Source: Octopus sinensis (lineage: Eukaryota). Taken from it: a stretch of 64,000 nucleotides of DNA. The stretch lies in contig NC_043016.1 of NCBI RefSeq assembly GCF_006345805.1, positions 8,246,001-8,310,000 of the forward strand. Reading direction: 5' to 3'. The notes under the pieces were generated by a model, which was not told the origin of the DNA, did no database searches, and saw only the letters and a program-made list of their open reading frames with translations. A program made the translations under genes and the position numbers. Shown here one piece after another: positions 63,525 through 64,000 of the stretch (its first letter is position 1; each line of letters starts with the position of its first letter).

Positions 63525-63998
63525 AAAACCTTTCGTTACCAACCCAGCTGAAACCGGTTCTGGCTCTGAGTACAAATGTCTTGTTTTCATAAGTTTTGAA
63601 TTAAAATCTCCCACCAAACCTTAGTCGCAATTTATGTTCCTAACACTAGCTTAATGATAACTAAGTTATTTTACTAAATTCTGTCTTGTATTTAAAATTA
63701 ATTGAAAGAAACACAGAGCATCTCAACAGAAATACAGTAATGAAAGGGTTAAAATATATAATAGAAAAACAATTCTTAACCCTTTTGATACTATCCTGGC
63801 TGAAACTGGCTTTGAGTACAAATGTCTTGTTTTCATAAGTTTTGAATTAAAATCTTCCACCAAACCTTAGTCGCAATATATGTTCCTAACACTAGCTTAA
63901 TGATAACTAAGTTATTTTACTAAATTCTTCGTTATATTTAAAATTAATAGAAAGAAACACAGAGCATCTCAACAGAAATACAGTAACGAAAGGGTTAA
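63525..63998. mobile_element. Two tandem piggyBac-type MITEs (P2) at 63525-63752 and 63776-63998
   Basis: CCTTTCGTTAC...GTAACGAAAGGG-TTAA termini, reverse complement of 45084-45308. Confidence 0.85.
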
Positions 63999-64000
63999 TA

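Overview
AT-rich, microsatellite-saturated eukaryotic genomic DNA. The SINE repertoire suggests an octopus or other coleoid cephalopod (inference from recalled families, not a database search). Almost all ORFs in the supplied track are artefacts of (TA)n, (TG)n and (TATC)n repeats or of SINEs. The only convincing host gene signal is two minus-strand exons (55100-54897 and 54114-54009), joined by a phase-compatible GT-AG intron. They encode a poly-Ala N-terminus followed by PVQTEPVDLSLNK, a CtBP-binding motif of the KLF3/8/12 type. No further exon or zinc-finger block was found, so most of the window is probably one intron of more than 54 kb. That region holds four to five SINE families (dozens of copies), a full-length decayed mariner, a non-autonomous Helitron, hAT-, Merlin- and piggyBac-type MITEs, and RTE, CR1-like and R4/Dong-like LINE fragments. 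The most unusual signal is a set of short, (TA)n-associated, often palindromic elements carrying minimal type I hammerhead-ribozyme-like motifs with covarying stems and non-canonical cores. Repeat boundaries were read by eye and are approximate unless a TSD or TIR is quoted.
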